From an uncultured Aquabacterium sp. (GTDB taxonomy: Bacteria > Pseudomonadota > Gammaproteobacteria > Burkholderiales > Burkholderiaceae_C): 64,000 nucleotides of DNA. The stretch's first letter is position 1. Every line of letters starts with the position of its first letter. Shown piece after piece: positions 30,712-41,604 of the stretch. The stretch is from NCBI GenBank assembly GCA_963511655.1, contig CAUPJV010000001.1, positions 132,987 through 196,986 on the forward strand. Reading direction: 5' to 3'. A program made the position numbers and the translations under genes. The notes beneath the pieces are model-generated. The model made no database searches and was not told the DNA's origin. It saw nothing but the letters and a program-made list of their open reading frames with translations.

Positions 30712-32504
30712 GCCTGCAGCCAGCTGAGGCGTCGCTGGAGCGCCGCAGCGGGTGCGGCCTCGCCCGCGAGGGCCAGCGAGACGATGTCGGCCCCCTCTGC
30801 CTGCGACAAGGCCGGCAGGCTGAGCTTGAGCACGCGCTGATCGCGGCTGATCAACAAGCCTTGTGCTCGGTGAGCGTCGTGCCACTGCACCAGGTCGTCG
30901 GCGCGCTTGAGGCGCCAGCCGTCCAGCGCCAGCAACTCATCAGAGGCGCTCAGCCCGGCCGACTCGGCCACGCTGTCTCGCATCACGGCCTGCACCTTGA
31001 GGGCGCCCCCCGCATCCGACAGGCGCACGCCCATGCGCTGCGCCAGCGGTGCGGCCTTGCTCACCCAGTGCACCCCCGCGGCCGACAGCAGGGCCTGCAG
31101 CGGCAGCTCGTCGCAGCCCTCGGTCCAGCGGTGCAGCAGCGCCGACCAGCTCGCAGCTGAGGCACCTGCGGCTTTCAGCGCGGCGGTGTCGGGGGCGGCT
31201 GCGGCCTCGTCGCCCAGGGCCTGCGCGATGTCGGCGTGCGTGATCGGGCGGTTCAGGCGCCACAGGCGCTGCATCACGCCATCGAGCGTCGGCTGCCGAT
31301 CGTCGACGGGCGGCATCAGGCGCAGGCTCAGGTCGAGCGTCAGGGCCACCAGCGAGCCCTTGGTGTAGTAGCTCACCGTGGCGTTGGCGGTGTTCTCATC
31401 CGGGCGGTAATAGCGCGTCCAGGCGTCGAAGCTGGCCTGCGCCACGCTGTAGCGGTGTCGTCCTGGCGTGCTGCGCACCTGGTTGATGGTCTTGCTCATC
31501 AGCTTGAGGTAGGCGGCCGCGTCGATCAGGCCGGTGCGCAGCAGGAACTGGTCGTCGTAGTAAGACGTGAAGCCCTCGAAGAACCACAGCAGGCGCGTCA
31601 TGGTCTCGCGCGTCAGGTCGCAGGGCGCGAACTCCACCGGCTTCAGGCGCTTGACGTTCCAGGTGTGGAAGTACTCGTGGCTGATGAGGCCCAGCAGGGT
31701 CTGGTAGGCCTCGGTCGGGGGCGTGCGCCCCTGGCGCGGCAGGTCCTTGCGCGCGCAGATCAGAGCCGTGCTCTGGCGGTGCTCCAGCCCGCCGTAGCCG
31801 TCGTCGACCGCGTTGAGCATGAACACGTAGTGATCGAAATCCGGCTTGCGGCGCCCATGCCAGAACGCGATCTGCGCCTCGCAGATGCGGCGCGTGTCGG
31901 CCAGCAGCCGCTCGCCGTCGAGGTCTGGGCTGGCGCCCGAGATCACGAACTCATGGCGCACGCCACGCACCGTGAACTCGCCACGCCAGAACGTGCCGAG
32001 CTCCACGGGGTGGTCGATCAGGGCGTCGTAGTCGGGGGCAAGGTAGTCGCCTGCCCCCGAGGCTTGCAGCTTGAGGGCCGGCAAAGAGGTGGCCACGCGC
32101 CAACCTTTGGGCAGGCCGCTCAGGCGCACGCGGTGCGGCGCATGGGCGAAACCTTCGGCCAGCAGGAACAGGCTGGTGCCATTGAAAAAACCGCGCTGCG
32201 CGTCGAGGAAGGCCGCGCGCACCGAGGTGTCGAAAGCGTGCACCTCATACCTCAGCGTGAGCGCCGTGCGCCCGTCGGTCTCGACCTCCCAGGTCGTTTT
32301 GTCGATGGGCGTGACCTCGCAGGCGCGCCCGCCTTGGGATGCGCTCAGCGGAGACAGGTTGCGTGCGAACTCCCGGATCAGGTAGCTGCCCGGGATCCAC
32401 ACCGGCAGGCTCAGGCGCTGGCGTGCCTGGGGACGAGGCACCCGCATCGTCACCTGTAAGCGGTGGCGGTGCGGCTCTTGGGCTTCGACGCGGAATTCAA
32501 TCAT
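30708..32504 (-). CDS. M61-family glycyl aminopeptidase with C-terminal PDZ domain
   Basis: LPVWIPGSY, GGLEH, LISHEYFHTWNVKRLKP (HExxH), WFFEGFTSYYD, SYYTKG. Confidence 0.92.
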   Translation of the reverse strand: MIEFRVEAQEPHRHRLQVTMRVPRPQARQRLSLPVWIPGSYLIREFARNLSPLSASQGGRACEVTPIDKTTWEVETDGRTALTLRYEVHAFDTSVRAAFLDAQRGFFNGTSLFLLAEGFAHAPHRVRLSGLPKGWRVATSLPALKLQASGAGDYLAPDYDALIDHPVELGTFWRGEFTVRGVRHEFVISGASPDLDGERLLADTRRICEAQIAFWHGRRKPDFDHYVFMLNAVDDGYGGLEHRQSTALICARKDLPRQGRTPPTEAYQTLLGLISHEYFHTWNVKRLKPVEFAPCDLTRETMTRLLWFFEGFTSYYDDQFLLRTGLIDAAAYLKLMSKTINQVRSTPGRHRYSVAQASFDAWTRYYRPDENTANATVSYYTKGSLVALTLDLSLRLMPPVDDRQPTLDGVMQRLWRLNRPITHADIAQALGDEAAAAPDTAALKAAGASAASWSALLHRWTEGCDELPLQALLSAAGVHWVSKAAPLAQRMGVRLSDAGGALKVQAVMRDSVAESAGLSASDELLALDGWRLKRADDLVQWHDAHRAQGLLISRDQRVLKLSLPALSQAEGADIVSLALAGEAAPAAALQRRLSWLQA

Positions 32505-32537
32505 CCAGGGGCCTGTGTCCTGTGTTTCGTGAAGGGG

Positions 32538-33056
32538 TCAGATCTGGGCGGCGGCCAGGAAGCAACTCAGGCTGGCCACCACGGTCAGTCGAAAGCGCAA
32601 CGTGAGCCAGCCTGCCGCGCCCAACTCCAGGTAGTGCTTGCGGTCGGCGAGGTAGCAGCCGATGAGCAAGGCCCCCAGCAGGGCCAGACCCGCGTGTGGC
32701 GGCATGAGCAGCGCCACCCAGGCCGCCAGCGAAAAGGCGATGCCCGTCCAGAGCGAGCGCCGTTGGTAGCCCGGCACATCGATTCCGGCTTGCCCGGCCT
32801 GAGACGAACCCATGACCAGACCCCATCGCATGCCACCCAGGAACGACAGGATCAGGGCCGCGTACGCGCTGAGTGCACGCACCACGAAGGCGAAGGGCTC
32901 CTCGTCGATGCGCCCCACCAGCAACCACACGAACAGCGACCCACCCGCGAAGGGGATCAGGCCCGCGTAGCCCAGGCCAAGGGCCAGGCGATTGGGCTCG
33001 GCATGGTGCAGGTGAGGGGGGGAGGGCAGGGCCGTCGGGGCGGTGGCGTGGGGCAT
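32538..33056 (-). CDS. DUF3429-family membrane protein
   Basis: LGYAGLIPF, YAALILSFLGGMRWG, WLTLRFRLT. Confidence 0.8.
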   Translation of the reverse strand: MPHATAPTALPSPPHLHHAEPNRLALGLGYAGLIPFAGGSLFVWLLVGRIDEEPFAFVVRALSAYAALILSFLGGMRWGLVMGSSQAGQAGIDVPGYQRRSLWTGIAFSLAAWVALLMPPHAGLALLGALLIGCYLADRKHYLELGAAGWLTLRFRLTVVASLSCFLAAAQI

Positions 33057-33165
33057 GCGAGGTCAGACCAGGTGCAAGGTGCGGGGGGCGGGGGGCGGGG
33101 ACGTCAGGCTGCATTGTGTCAAGAACGGCCCGCGCGCGCTGGCACCGGCGGGCGTTTCCCTGCGC

Positions 33166-33963
33166 TCATGCAGCCAGCCAGCTGAACACAGCCGGCACGT
33201 CGGTGGGCAGTGTCAGCGCTTGCTCGCGCCATCGGGCCACGGTGTCCGTGCGCGTGAAGCCCTGGCGCAGCGTCAGGCCGCAGCTCACGTTGAGCAGCGT
33301 CTGGGGGTGCAGGTTCTGCAGCAGCGCCTGCCACAGGGCTGGGTTGCGGTAGGGCGTCTCGATCACCAGCTGGGTCTGATGCGCCTTGCGCGATGCCGCC
33401 TCCAGCTCGCGAATGCGTTGGGCGCGCTGGGTGGCGTCCGTGGGGAGGTAGCCCACGAAGGCGAAGCTCTGCCCGTGCAGGCCGCTGCCCGCCAACGCCA
33501 GCACCAGCGAGCTGGGGCCCGACATGGGCAGCACCGTCAGGCCCGCGCGATGTGCCGCCTGGACCACGGAGGCCCCGGGGTCTGCCACGCCGGGCAGCCC
33601 GGCTTCCGAGATCAATCCGATGTCGTGGCCGTCGTGCGCGGGCGCCAGCAAGGCCTCGATGGCCTGGCGCTCGGCCCCAGGCGCAGCGGGTTTGCCGCCT
33701 TTGGGTGGGCGCGGCAACTCCTGGATGTCCAGTGACTGAATCGGTGCGACCAGGGGCGCGATCGCATCCACCCGCTTCAGGAAAGCCCGGGTGGTTTTGG
33801 CGTTTTCTGCCACCCAATGCCGCAGCCGCGCCGCGGCCTGGATGGCCCCCAGCGGCAGCACCTCCTGCAAGTCGGGCGGCGCGCCCTCTGCCGGGTCGAT
33901 GCAGCCCAGGTCCAGCGTGTTGGGGATCAGCAGCAGCCGACCGAGGTGGGGGGCTTCAGCCAT
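33166..33963 (-). CDS. SAM-dependent tetrapyrrole-methylase-family protein (RsmI-like)
   Basis: LLLIPNTL, WVAENAKTTRAFL, GLISEAGLPGVADPG, GPSSLVLALAGSG, VIETPYRN. Confidence 0.85.
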   Translation of the reverse strand: MAEAPHLGRLLLIPNTLDLGCIDPAEGAPPDLQEVLPLGAIQAAARLRHWVAENAKTTRAFLKRVDAIAPLVAPIQSLDIQELPRPPKGGKPAAPGAERQAIEALLAPAHDGHDIGLISEAGLPGVADPGASVVQAAHRAGLTVLPMSGPSSLVLALAGSGLHGQSFAFVGYLPTDATQRAQRIRELEAASRKAHQTQLVIETPYRNPALWQALLQNLHPQTLLNVSCGLTLRQGFTRTDTVARWREQALTLPTDVPAVFSWLAA

Positions 33964-34672
33964 GGCGGAGGTCCGTTTGAGGTGGGGTGGGGGTGCCTTG
34001 CACGCGCAGGGCGGCCAGCAGGTCCAAGCCGACGGCGGCCAGCATCCGGCGTGTGGTCATCAGGGGCAAACCGATCAGGGCCGTCGGGTCGTCGGAGTCG
34101 ATGCGCTCGAGCAGCGCGATGCCCAGCCCCTCGCACTTGGCGCTGCCGGCGCAGTCGTAGGGCTGTTCGAGCTGCAGGTAGGTTTCGATGTCGGCGTCGC
34201 TCAAGGCACGAAAGGCCACGGCCACCGAGTTCAGCGCTTCCTCGACTTGCGCTGTGCGAGGCCGAAGCACGCACACGGCCGTGTGAAAGTGCACGACCCG
34301 CCCGCGCATGGCACGCAGCTGCGCCACGGCGCCGGCGTGGTTCCCGGGTTTGCCCAGCGCTTGTCCGCCAAGGTCGGCCACCTGGTCGGATCCGATCACG
34401 ACCACGTCGTCGTTTGCGTCACGGCGCGTGCACCAGGTCGCCACCGCCTCCGCTTTGGCCCGAGCCAGCCTCGCGGCCAGGGCCCGCGGCGCTTCACCGG
34501 GCAGCGGGCTCTCGTCGGTCTGCGGCGCCAAGGTGTCAAAAGGCAGCCCCAGCCGAGCCAGCAACTCCCGCCGGTATGGCGAAGTCGACCCCAGCACCAG
34601 GCGAGGCAGGGCGGGTGGATTCGGCGTGTCAGCCGGTGGGTTCGTGACGTGCAAGCGGTGCATGGCGCGCAT
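33956..34672 (-). CDS. yceF: Maf-family nucleoside triphosphate pyrophosphatase (YceF type)
   Basis: LVLGSTSPYRRELL, VIGSDQV, LGKPG, PYDCAGSAKCEGLG, ALIGLPL; divergent from yceD; the start could be 34663. Confidence 0.88.
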   Translation of the reverse strand: MRAMHRLHVTNPPADTPNPPALPRLVLGSTSPYRRELLARLGLPFDTLAPQTDESPLPGEAPRALAARLARAKAEAVATWCTRRDANDDVVVIGSDQVADLGGQALGKPGNHAGAVAQLRAMRGRVVHFHTAVCVLRPRTAQVEEALNSVAVAFRALSDADIETYLQLEQPYDCAGSAKCEGLGIALLERIDSDDPTALIGLPLMTTRRMLAAVGLDLLAALRVQGTPTPPQTDLRHG

Positions 34673-34734
34673 TGTCCGCGGATTTGACGGCTCGGCCGGG
34701 CCGCCTCGGGTGACGAAGCCACTAAACTCAGGGC

Positions 34735-35325
34735 ATGAAATCGCGCGCTTTTGTCCCTGAAAAACTCGACGTCCAGTCCTTCATCGAGGACGCCGCCACG
34801 CTCACGGGTCAGACCCCCGTGGCCGCCTTGTCCCGCCTGGCTTCCGGCCTGTCACCCGAAGCCGATCTGGCTGCCTTGCCTCCCGTGACCTGGACGGCGA
34901 CGGGTCGCCTGGTGCCCCAGCGCGTCGGCTCGCCCGAACTCTGGCTGGACCTGCAAGCAGAAGCCGACCTGGAGTGGGAGTGCCAGCGCTGCCTGCACGG
35001 CGTGCGCCTGCCCCTCAGCCTGGAGCGCCAGATCCGCTTTGCTCGCGATGAAGCCGAGGCGGCGCAGCTCGATGCCGAATCCGACGACGATGTGCTCGGC
35101 CTGTCGCGCAACTTCAACCTGATCGAGCTGATCGAAGACGAGCTCATCATGGCGCAGCCCATCGTGCCCCGCCACGATGTCTGCCCGACCGACGTCGAGT
35201 CCCTCATGGCCGATGAGTCGGAGACGCCGGCCCCCGGTGCGTTGCCGGACGCCGAGCCGGCCGCTGCCGAGCGCCCCCATCCCTTCGCCGCCCTCGCGGC
35301 GCTCAAGAAGACGAAGTCCGACTGA
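34735..35325 (+). CDS. yceD: YceD/DUF177 family protein
   Basis: ECQRCL, LIEDELIMAQPIVPRHDVC, PHPFAALAALKK; immediately upstream of rpmF. Confidence 0.88.
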   Translation: MKSRAFVPEKLDVQSFIEDAATLTGQTPVAALSRLASGLSPEADLAALPPVTWTATGRLVPQRVGSPELWLDLQAEADLEWECQRCLHGVRLPLSLERQIRFARDEAEAAQLDAESDDDVLGLSRNFNLIELIEDELIMAQPIVPRHDVCPTDVESLMADESETPAPGALPDAEPAAAERPHPFAALAALKKTKSD

Positions 35326-35329
35326 CGGT

Positions 35330-35359
35330 TTGAGTGCCGCATCGGGTTTGTGCTAGAAT
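35330..35359 (+). promoter_or_regulatory. Probable sigma-70 promoter for rpmF
   Basis: TTGAGT-N18-TAGAAT with extended -10 TG at 35351-35352. Confidence 0.5.
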
Positions 35360-35514
35360 TTCGAGTTTTCCGGGATCTGCATTTGCGGGTTGGGTGCGCC
35401 AGAGGCGCCTTGGCAGCAAATTCGGCATCCATTCACCAGTTGCCGCATGCGGACTGTGGGCCCAGGGTTCGCACGGCATTGGCACAAATCGCCCACATAT
35501 CGCACGGAGTCATC

Positions 35515-35697
35515 ATGGCCGTTCAGCAAAACAAGAAGTCGCCTTCCAAGCGTGGCATGCACCGCTCGCACAACGCCCTGGTCACCCCGGGTACCGCCGT
35601 CGAGTCCACCACCGGTGAAGTGCACCTGCGTCACCACATCAGCCCGACCGGTTTTTACCGCGGTCGCAAGGTCCTCAAGACCAAGGCCGACGCCTGA
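35515..35697 (+). CDS. rpmF: 50S ribosomal protein L32
   Basis: [19 protein letters not shown]...[17 protein letters not shown], 60 aa. Confidence 0.97.
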   Translation: MAVQQNKKSPSKRGMHRSHNALVTPGTAVESTTGEVHLRHHISPTGFYRGRKVLKTKADA

Positions 35698-35755
35698 TCG
35701 GCTGATTCCTGCGCCGGCTCCACCCGAGCCGTGCCAGTGCGCTTCCCAAGCCAAG

Positions 35756-35793
35756 AGGGCTGGACAACCCGTTCACGTGGGTTTGCCGGCCCT
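35756..35793 (+). terminator. Imperfect hairpin downstream of rpmF (weak terminator or stabilising stem)
   Basis: AGGGCTGG..AACCC / GGGTT..CCGGCCCT followed by a T-rich tract. Confidence 0.35.
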
Positions 35794-35909
35794 TGTCGTT
35801 TGTCGGTCGCTTTTCGTTGATCGCCCCCCTGCGATCGCGTTCTGTCGATTGGTCGGCCAGCCTCAGCCTGGCTGGCGTCCTCACCCGGCCTCAGCCGACG
35901 TCATCGCCC

Positions 35910-37043
35910 ATGAGTTCAGTCACCTCACCCTCCTCATCTGCGACCGCTGGCGCGGCCGGCTTGTTGCAGTCGCCTGTGCGCATTTCGGTGGACTGCATGG
36001 GCGGAGACCATGGCCCCTCCGTGACGCTGCCTGCCTGCCAGGCCTTCCTGGCCAAGCACCCCGAAGCCGAGCTCCTGCTCGTCGGTCTGCCTGAGGCGCT
36101 GGCGCCTGCGCAGTCCTGGGCGCGCTGCCGCATCGTGCCAGCCACCGAAGTGGTCACCATGGATGACCCGGTGGAGGTGGCCTTGCGCCGCAAGAAGGAC
36201 TCCTCCATGCGCGTGGCCATCGGTCAGGTCAAGGCCTCGGCCGACGCGCCCGCAGCGGCGCACGCCTGTGTGTCCGCTGGCAACACCGGCGCCTTGATGG
36301 CCCTGGCTCGCTACCTGCTCAAGACCGTCGAAGGCATCGATCGCCCGGCGCTGGCCACCGTCATGCCCAATCAGAAAGACGGCTTCACCACCGTGCTCGA
36401 CCTGGGTGCCAACGTCGACTGCTCGGCGGAGCACCTGCTGCAGTTCGCCGTCATGGGCTCTGCCCTGGTGTCGGCTGTGGATGGCAAGGCCTCGCCCAGC
36501 GTGGGCCTGCTCAACATCGGCGAAGAGGTCATCAAGGGCAGCGAGGTGATCAAGCAAGCGGGTGATCTGCTGCGCCGCGCTCACGAGCATGGCCTCATCA
36601 ACTTCCACGGCAACGTCGAAGGCAATGACATTTTCAAAGGCACGTCGGACATCGTGGTCTGCGATGGCTTCGTGGGCAACGTCGCCTTGAAGACAGCCGA
36701 AGGCCTGGCCAGCATGTTCGCCTCCTTCATCAAGCAGGAGTTCACGCGCAACATCGTCACCAAAATGGTGGCTTTGGTGGCCATGCCGGTTCTGAATCGC
36801 TTCAAAAACCGCGTTGACCACCGTCGCTACAGCGGTGCGGCCTTGCTGGGCCTGCGCGGGCTGGTCTTCAAGAGCCACGGGTCTTCGGACAAGCTGGCCT
36901 TTGAGGTGGCCTTGAATCGCGCTTATGATGCGGCCCGTCATCGACTGCTGGACCGGGTTCACGACCAGATCGCAGCCACGCTGGTCAGCCTGCCCAACCC
37001 GGCGGCCCCGACAGCGCAGGCGGATGTGGGACAAGCGGCCTGA
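35910..37043 (+). CDS. plsX: Phosphate acyltransferase PlsX
   Basis: [51 protein letters not shown]-like, FKSHGS. Confidence 0.95.
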   Translation: MSSVTSPSSSATAGAAGLLQSPVRISVDCMGGDHGPSVTLPACQAFLAKHPEAELLLVGLPEALAPAQSWARCRIVPATEVVTMDDPVEVALRRKKDSSMRVAIGQVKASADAPAAAHACVSAGNTGALMALARYLLKTVEGIDRPALATVMPNQKDGFTTVLDLGANVDCSAEHLLQFAVMGSALVSAVDGKASPSVGLLNIGEEVIKGSEVIKQAGDLLRRAHEHGLINFHGNVEGNDIFKGTSDIVVCDGFVGNVALKTAEGLASMFASFIKQEFTRNIVTKMVALVAMPVLNRFKNRVDHRRYSGAALLGLRGLVFKSHGSSDKLAFEVALNRAYDAARHRLLDRVHDQIAATLVSLPNPAAPTAQADVGQAA

Positions 37044-37054
37044 TCCCCCCCTCA

Positions 37055-38122
37055 ATGTCAGAACGACACACGGGCGACAAGATCGCCCCCCCGCAAGCCT
37101 CCACCCAGGCTGCGACCCAAGCGCCCCACAAGGGCGCTCTCTCGACAAACAGGTTCTCTCGCATCGCCGGCACCGGCAGCTTCCTGCCGCCCCATCGGGT
37201 GAGCAACCAGGAGCTGGTTGATCGCTTGGCTCGCGACGGCATCCAGAGCTCCGACGAGTGGATCGTCGAGCGCACCGGCATCCGCGCGCGGCATTTTGCC
37301 GAGCCCGACGTGACCGCGAGCATGCTCGGCCTGGAGGCCTGCAAGCGCGCGCTTGACTCCGCTGGCTGCGCGCCTGCCGACATCGACCTGATCATCTGTG
37401 CCACGTCCACGCCGGACATGGTCTTCCCGTCCACGGCCTGCCTGATTCAGCGCGACCTCGGCGTGGGGGGCTGTCCGGCTTTCGACGTCCAGGCGGTGTG
37501 CTCGGGCTTCATCTACGCCCTGACCGTGGCCGACGCCATGATCCGCACCGGCGCGGCCAGTCGCGCTCTGGTGGTCGGCACCGAGGTTTTCTCTCGCCTG
37601 CTCGATTTCCGGGACCGAACCACCTGCGTGCTGTTCGGTGACGGCGCCGGTGCCGTGGTGCTTGAGGCTTCGCAGCGCCCAGGCATCGTGGCCGCGCGCT
37701 TGCATGCCGATGGCCAGCACGCCGGGCTGCTCAACGTGCCCGGCAACGTCAGTGGCGGCCGGGTTCTGGGAGACGCCACCATCAAGATGGACGGCCAGTC
37801 TGTGTTCAAACTCGCCGTCAGCGTGCTCGACAAGGCCGCCCATGAGGTGCTCGACGCGGCCGGGCGCTCGCCTGACTGCATCGACTGGCTCATCCCGCAC
37901 CAGGCCAACCTGCGCATCATGCAGGGCACCGCCAAAAAACTGAAACTTCCGCATGACAAGATCGTGGTCACGGTGGACCAGCATGGCAACACCTCCGCTG
38001 CGTCCATCCCGTTGGCGCTTGACCACGGCGTTCGCTCAGGGCAGGTCCAGCGCGGCCAGACCCTGATGCTCGAAGGCGTCGGCGGGGGCTTCACCTGGGG
38101 CGCTGTGCTCGTTGATTTCTGA
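37055..38122 (+). CDS. fabH: Beta-ketoacyl-ACP synthase III
   Basis: QAVCSGF (Cys), WLIPHQAN (His), [10 protein letters not shown] (Asn), GGGFTWG. Confidence 0.96.
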   Translation: MSERHTGDKIAPPQASTQAATQAPHKGALSTNRFSRIAGTGSFLPPHRVSNQELVDRLARDGIQSSDEWIVERTGIRARHFAEPDVTASMLGLEACKRALDSAGCAPADIDLIICATSTPDMVFPSTACLIQRDLGVGGCPAFDVQAVCSGFIYALTVADAMIRTGAASRALVVGTEVFSRLLDFRDRTTCVLFGDGAGAVVLEASQRPGIVAARLHADGQHAGLLNVPGNVSGGRVLGDATIKMDGQSVFKLAVSVLDKAAHEVLDAAGRSPDCIDWLIPHQANLRIMQGTAKKLKLPHDKIVVTVDQHGNTSAASIPLALDHGVRSGQVQRGQTLMLEGVGGGFTWGAVLVDF

Positions 38123-38174
38123 GCCGCTCCCCATCCTCCTGCGTCACACCACCAAACATCCAAGGACGACACAC

Positions 38175-39113
38175 ATGACCGCATTCGCATTCGTCTTCCC
38201 GGGTCAAGGCTCTCAATCCGTTGGCATGCTCGACGCCTGGGGTGATCACGCCGCCGTGCGCGACACCCTGGCCGAGGCCTCCGATGCCTTGGGCGAAGAC
38301 ATCCGCAAGCTCATCGCCGAAGGCCCCAAAGAGACCCTGGACCTCACCACCAACACCCAGCCGGTCATGTTGACGGCCGGCGTGGCCTGCTGGCGCGCCT
38401 GGTTGGCCGAGACCGGCCTGTCGCCCGCTGCCGTGGCGGGCCACTCGCTGGGCGAGTACACCGCCCTGGTGGCGTCGGGCGTGCTGAGCTTGAAGGATGC
38501 GCTGCCCCTGGTTCGTTTCCGCGCCCAGGCCATGCAAGACGCCGTCCCCGTGGGCGTGGGCGGCATGGCCGCCATCCTTGGCATGGACGCCGAGGGCGTC
38601 AAGGCGGGTTGTGCTCAGGCGGCCGCCGAGACCGGGCAGGCCGTCGAGGCCGTGAACTTCAACGACCCCAAGCAGACCGTCATCGCGGGCACCAAGGCCG
38701 GCGTGGAAAAGGCCTGTGAATTGCTCAAGGCCGCCGGTGCCAAGCGCGCGCTGCCCCTGCCGGTGTCCGCGCCGTTTCACAGCAGCCTGATGAAGCCCGC
38801 CGCCGAGCGCCTGAAGGAAAAGCTCGCGGCCACGTCGTTTGCGGCACCCCGGTTCGCCGTCGTCAACAACGTCGACGTGGCCGTGACCCAGGAGCCCGAT
38901 GCGTTCCGCGACGCCCTGTATCGTCAGGCCTTCGGTCCGGTGCGCTGGGTCGAGACCATCCAGGCCCTCAAGGCCCGCGGCCTTTCGCACGTGATTGAAT
39001 GTGGCCCGGGCAAGGTCCTCTCCGGCATGGTCAAGCGCATCGACGCCGACCTGGTCAGCGCCACCGTGCTGGATCCGGCCTCTTTGGCCGAGGCCCGTGC
39101 CCTCCTGGCATGA
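38175..39113 (+). CDS. fabD: Malonyl-CoA:ACP transacylase
   Basis: FVFPGQGSQ, AGHSLGEY, VSAPFHS. Confidence 0.96.
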   Translation: MTAFAFVFPGQGSQSVGMLDAWGDHAAVRDTLAEASDALGEDIRKLIAEGPKETLDLTTNTQPVMLTAGVACWRAWLAETGLSPAAVAGHSLGEYTALVASGVLSLKDALPLVRFRAQAMQDAVPVGVGGMAAILGMDAEGVKAGCAQAAAETGQAVEAVNFNDPKQTVIAGTKAGVEKACELLKAAGAKRALPLPVSAPFHSSLMKPAAERLKEKLAATSFAAPRFAVVNNVDVAVTQEPDAFRDALYRQAFGPVRWVETIQALKARGLSHVIECGPGKVLSGMVKRIDADLVSATVLDPASLAEARALLA

Positions 39114-39144
39114 CCGCGCCCGAACCGTTTCAAGAGAACACACC

Positions 39145-39891
39145 ATGAGCACCGAATTCAAAGGACAGATCGCGCTGGTCACCGGCGCCAGCCGCGGCAT
39201 CGGTCGCGCCATCGCCACGGCGCTGGCCCAACGCGGCCTCAAGGTCATCGGCACCGCCACATCCGACGCGGGCGCGCAAGCGATCACCGAGGGCCTGTCT
39301 GCCTTCGAGGGCTGCAAGGGCATCGTGCTGAACGTGACCGACGCCGCGGGCGTGGATGCAGCCATCGACGCCATCCTCAAGGAGCACGGCGCCCTGCACG
39401 TGCTGGTCAACAACGCCGGCATCACCCGCGACACCCTGGCCATGCGCATGAAGGACGACGACTGGGATGCCGTGATGGACACCAACCTCAAGGCGGTCTT
39501 TCGCCTGAGTCGTGCCGTCATGCGCCCCATGATGAAGCAGCGCCATGGCCGCATCATCAGCATCACCTCCGTGGTGGGCGCCAGCGGCAACCCCGGGCAA
39601 GCCAACTACGCGGCCGCCAAGGCGGGTGTGGCGGGCATGACCCGCGCCCTCGCCCGTGAGCTGGGCAGCCGTGGCGTGACGGTCAACTGCGTGGCGCCGG
39701 GCTTCATCGACACCGACATGACCAAGGCCTTGTCGGAAGAACAACACACCGCCTTGAAGTCGCAGATCCCGCTGGGGCGACTCGGGCAGCCTGAAGACAT
39801 CGCCGAAGCCGTGGCCTTCCTGGCCTCGCCGCAAGCCGCCTACATCACGGGCGTCGAGCTGCACGTCAACGGCGGCATGTTCATGAACTGA
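39145..39891 (+). CDS. fabG: 3-oxoacyl-ACP reductase
   Basis: VTGASRGIG, VNNAGITRD, NYAAAK, ELHVNGGM. Confidence 0.96.
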   Translation: MSTEFKGQIALVTGASRGIGRAIATALAQRGLKVIGTATSDAGAQAITEGLSAFEGCKGIVLNVTDAAGVDAAIDAILKEHGALHVLVNNAGITRDTLAMRMKDDDWDAVMDTNLKAVFRLSRAVMRPMMKQRHGRIISITSVVGASGNPGQANYAAAKAGVAGMTRALARELGSRGVTVNCVAPGFIDTDMTKALSEEQHTALKSQIPLGRLGQPEDIAEAVAFLASPQAAYITGVELHVNGGMFMN

Positions 39892-40000
39892 TTTTGAGAT
39901 CTTGCTGGGGAATCTCAAATTCGATTTTTCGAGCCGTCAGCGCAATGACATGCTGAATCGGTAAAATCCCCTTTTTGTTTGCATACCTCCTGGAGGAGTC

Positions 40001-40240
40001 ATGAGCGATATCGAAGCACGCGTCAAGAAGATCATTGCAGAGCAACTCGGCGTGGCCGAGTCTGAAGTCAGCCCCGAGAAGGCTTTCGTTGCCGACCTGG
40101 GTGCCGACTCCCTGGACACCGTTGAGCTGGTGATGGCCCTCGAAGACGAGTTCGGCATCGAGATCCCGGACGAAGAGGCAGAAAAGATCACCACCGTGCA
40201 GCTGGCGATCGACTACGCCAAGGCCCACGTCAAGGCCTGA
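40001..40240 (+). CDS. acpP: Acyl carrier protein
   Basis: [20 protein letters not shown]. Confidence 0.98.
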   Translation: MSDIEARVKKIIAEQLGVAESEVSPEKAFVADLGADSLDTVELVMALEDEFGIEIPDEEAEKITTVQLAIDYAKAHVKA

Positions 40241-40255
40241 TCCACCGCGCAGAGT

Positions 40256-40278
40256 CAAGGCCCTTCGGGGCCTTGTTT
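40256..40278 (+). terminator. Rho-independent terminator-like hairpin after acpP
   Basis: CAAGGCCC-TTCG-GGGCCTTG-TTT: 8-bp stem, cUUCGg loop, short U tract. Confidence 0.7.
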
Positions 40279-40309
40279 GCATGGAACTCAACTTTTTGCA
40301 TTGGCAAGC

Positions 40310-41554
40310 ATGACCCGTCGTCGCGTCGTCATCACCGGCCTGGGGCTGATCACTCCCCTGGGCAACCATGTCCAGGACTCCTGGGACGCCCTCCTTGCCG
40401 GCCGCTCCGGCATCCAGACCATCACCCAGTTCGACGCTGCGGCGTTCGCCTGCCAGTTCGCCGGTGAGGTCAAGGGCTTCAACATCGAGGACTACATCCC
40501 CGCCAAGGAAGCCCGGCACATGGACCGGTTCATCCACTTCGGCTTGGCTGCGAGCATGCAGGCTGTGCGGGATGCGGGCCTGCCCACGGGCGACGCGCTG
40601 ACCCCCGAGGTCGCCGAGCGCATCGGCGTCATGGTGGGTTCGGGCATCGGTGGCCTGCCCATGATCGAGCAGACCCACACCGACTACAAGGAACGTGGCC
40701 CACGCCGCATTTCCCCCTTCTTCGTGCCCGCCTCGATCATCAACATGATCAGCGGCCACGTCTCCATCTACCACGGCTTCCGTGGCCCCAACCTGGGTGT
40801 CGTCACCGCCTGCACCACCGGCTTGCACGCCATCGGTCTGGCCGCGCGCCTCATCGAGTGCGGGGACGCCGACATCATGGTGGCCGGCGGCTCCGAGTCC
40901 ACCGTGTCGCCGCTGGGCGTCGGTGGTTTTGCAGCCTCCCGTGCGCTGTCGACTCGCAACGACGACCCGACCACCGCCTCGCGTCCGTTCGACAAGGACC
41001 GCGACGGTTTCGTGCTGGGTGAGGGCGCCGGCGTCATGGTGCTGGAGTCCTACGACAGCGCTGTGGCACGAGGCGCGCGAATCTACGCCGAACTCGCCGG
41101 CTTCGGCATGAGCGGCGACGCCCACCACATGACCGCCCCCGACGTGGACGGCCCCAAGCGCTCGATGCTCAACGCCTTGCGCAACGCTGGCTTGAACACC
41201 GACCAGGTGCAGTACCTCAACGCACACGGCACCTCCACGCCGCTGGGTGACGTCAACGAAACCAACGCCATCAAACTGGCCTTCGGTGATGACGCCAGGA
41301 AGCTGGTGGTCAACTCGACCAAGTCCATGACCGGCCACCTGCTGGGCGGCGCGGGCGGCATCGAGTCGGTGTTCACCGTGCTGGCCATCCACAATCAGGT
41401 CTCGCCCCCGACGATCAACATCTTCAACCAGGATCCCGAGTGCGACCTGGACTACTGCGCCAACACCGCACGCGAGATGAAGATCGACGCCGCGCTGAAG
41501 AACAACTTCGGCTTCGGTGGCACCAACGGGTCCCTCGTTTTCAAACGCATCTGA
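40310..41554 (+). CDS. fabF: Beta-ketoacyl-ACP synthase II
   Basis: RRVVITGLG, VTACTTG, NAHGTSTPLGD, KSMTGHLLG, NNFGFGGTNG. Confidence 0.97.
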   Translation: MTRRRVVITGLGLITPLGNHVQDSWDALLAGRSGIQTITQFDAAAFACQFAGEVKGFNIEDYIPAKEARHMDRFIHFGLAASMQAVRDAGLPTGDALTPEVAERIGVMVGSGIGGLPMIEQTHTDYKERGPRRISPFFVPASIINMISGHVSIYHGFRGPNLGVVTACTTGLHAIGLAARLIECGDADIMVAGGSESTVSPLGVGGFAASRALSTRNDDPTTASRPFDKDRDGFVLGEGAGVMVLESYDSAVARGARIYAELAGFGMSGDAHHMTAPDVDGPKRSMLNALRNAGLNTDQVQYLNAHGTSTPLGDVNETNAIKLAFGDDARKLVVNSTKSMTGHLLGGAGGIESVFTVLAIHNQVSPPTINIFNQDPECDLDYCANTAREMKIDAALKNNFGFGGTNGSLVFKRI

Positions 41555-41604
41555 CGTCATCCGCAGCGGGTTGTGCAGGTTTGATCCGCTGAACCTTGCC
41601 CAAC

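Noticed and set aside
35515-35697. L32 lacking zinc-ribbon cysteines
   Set aside because: The Cys-free form is normal in beta- and gammaproteobacteria.
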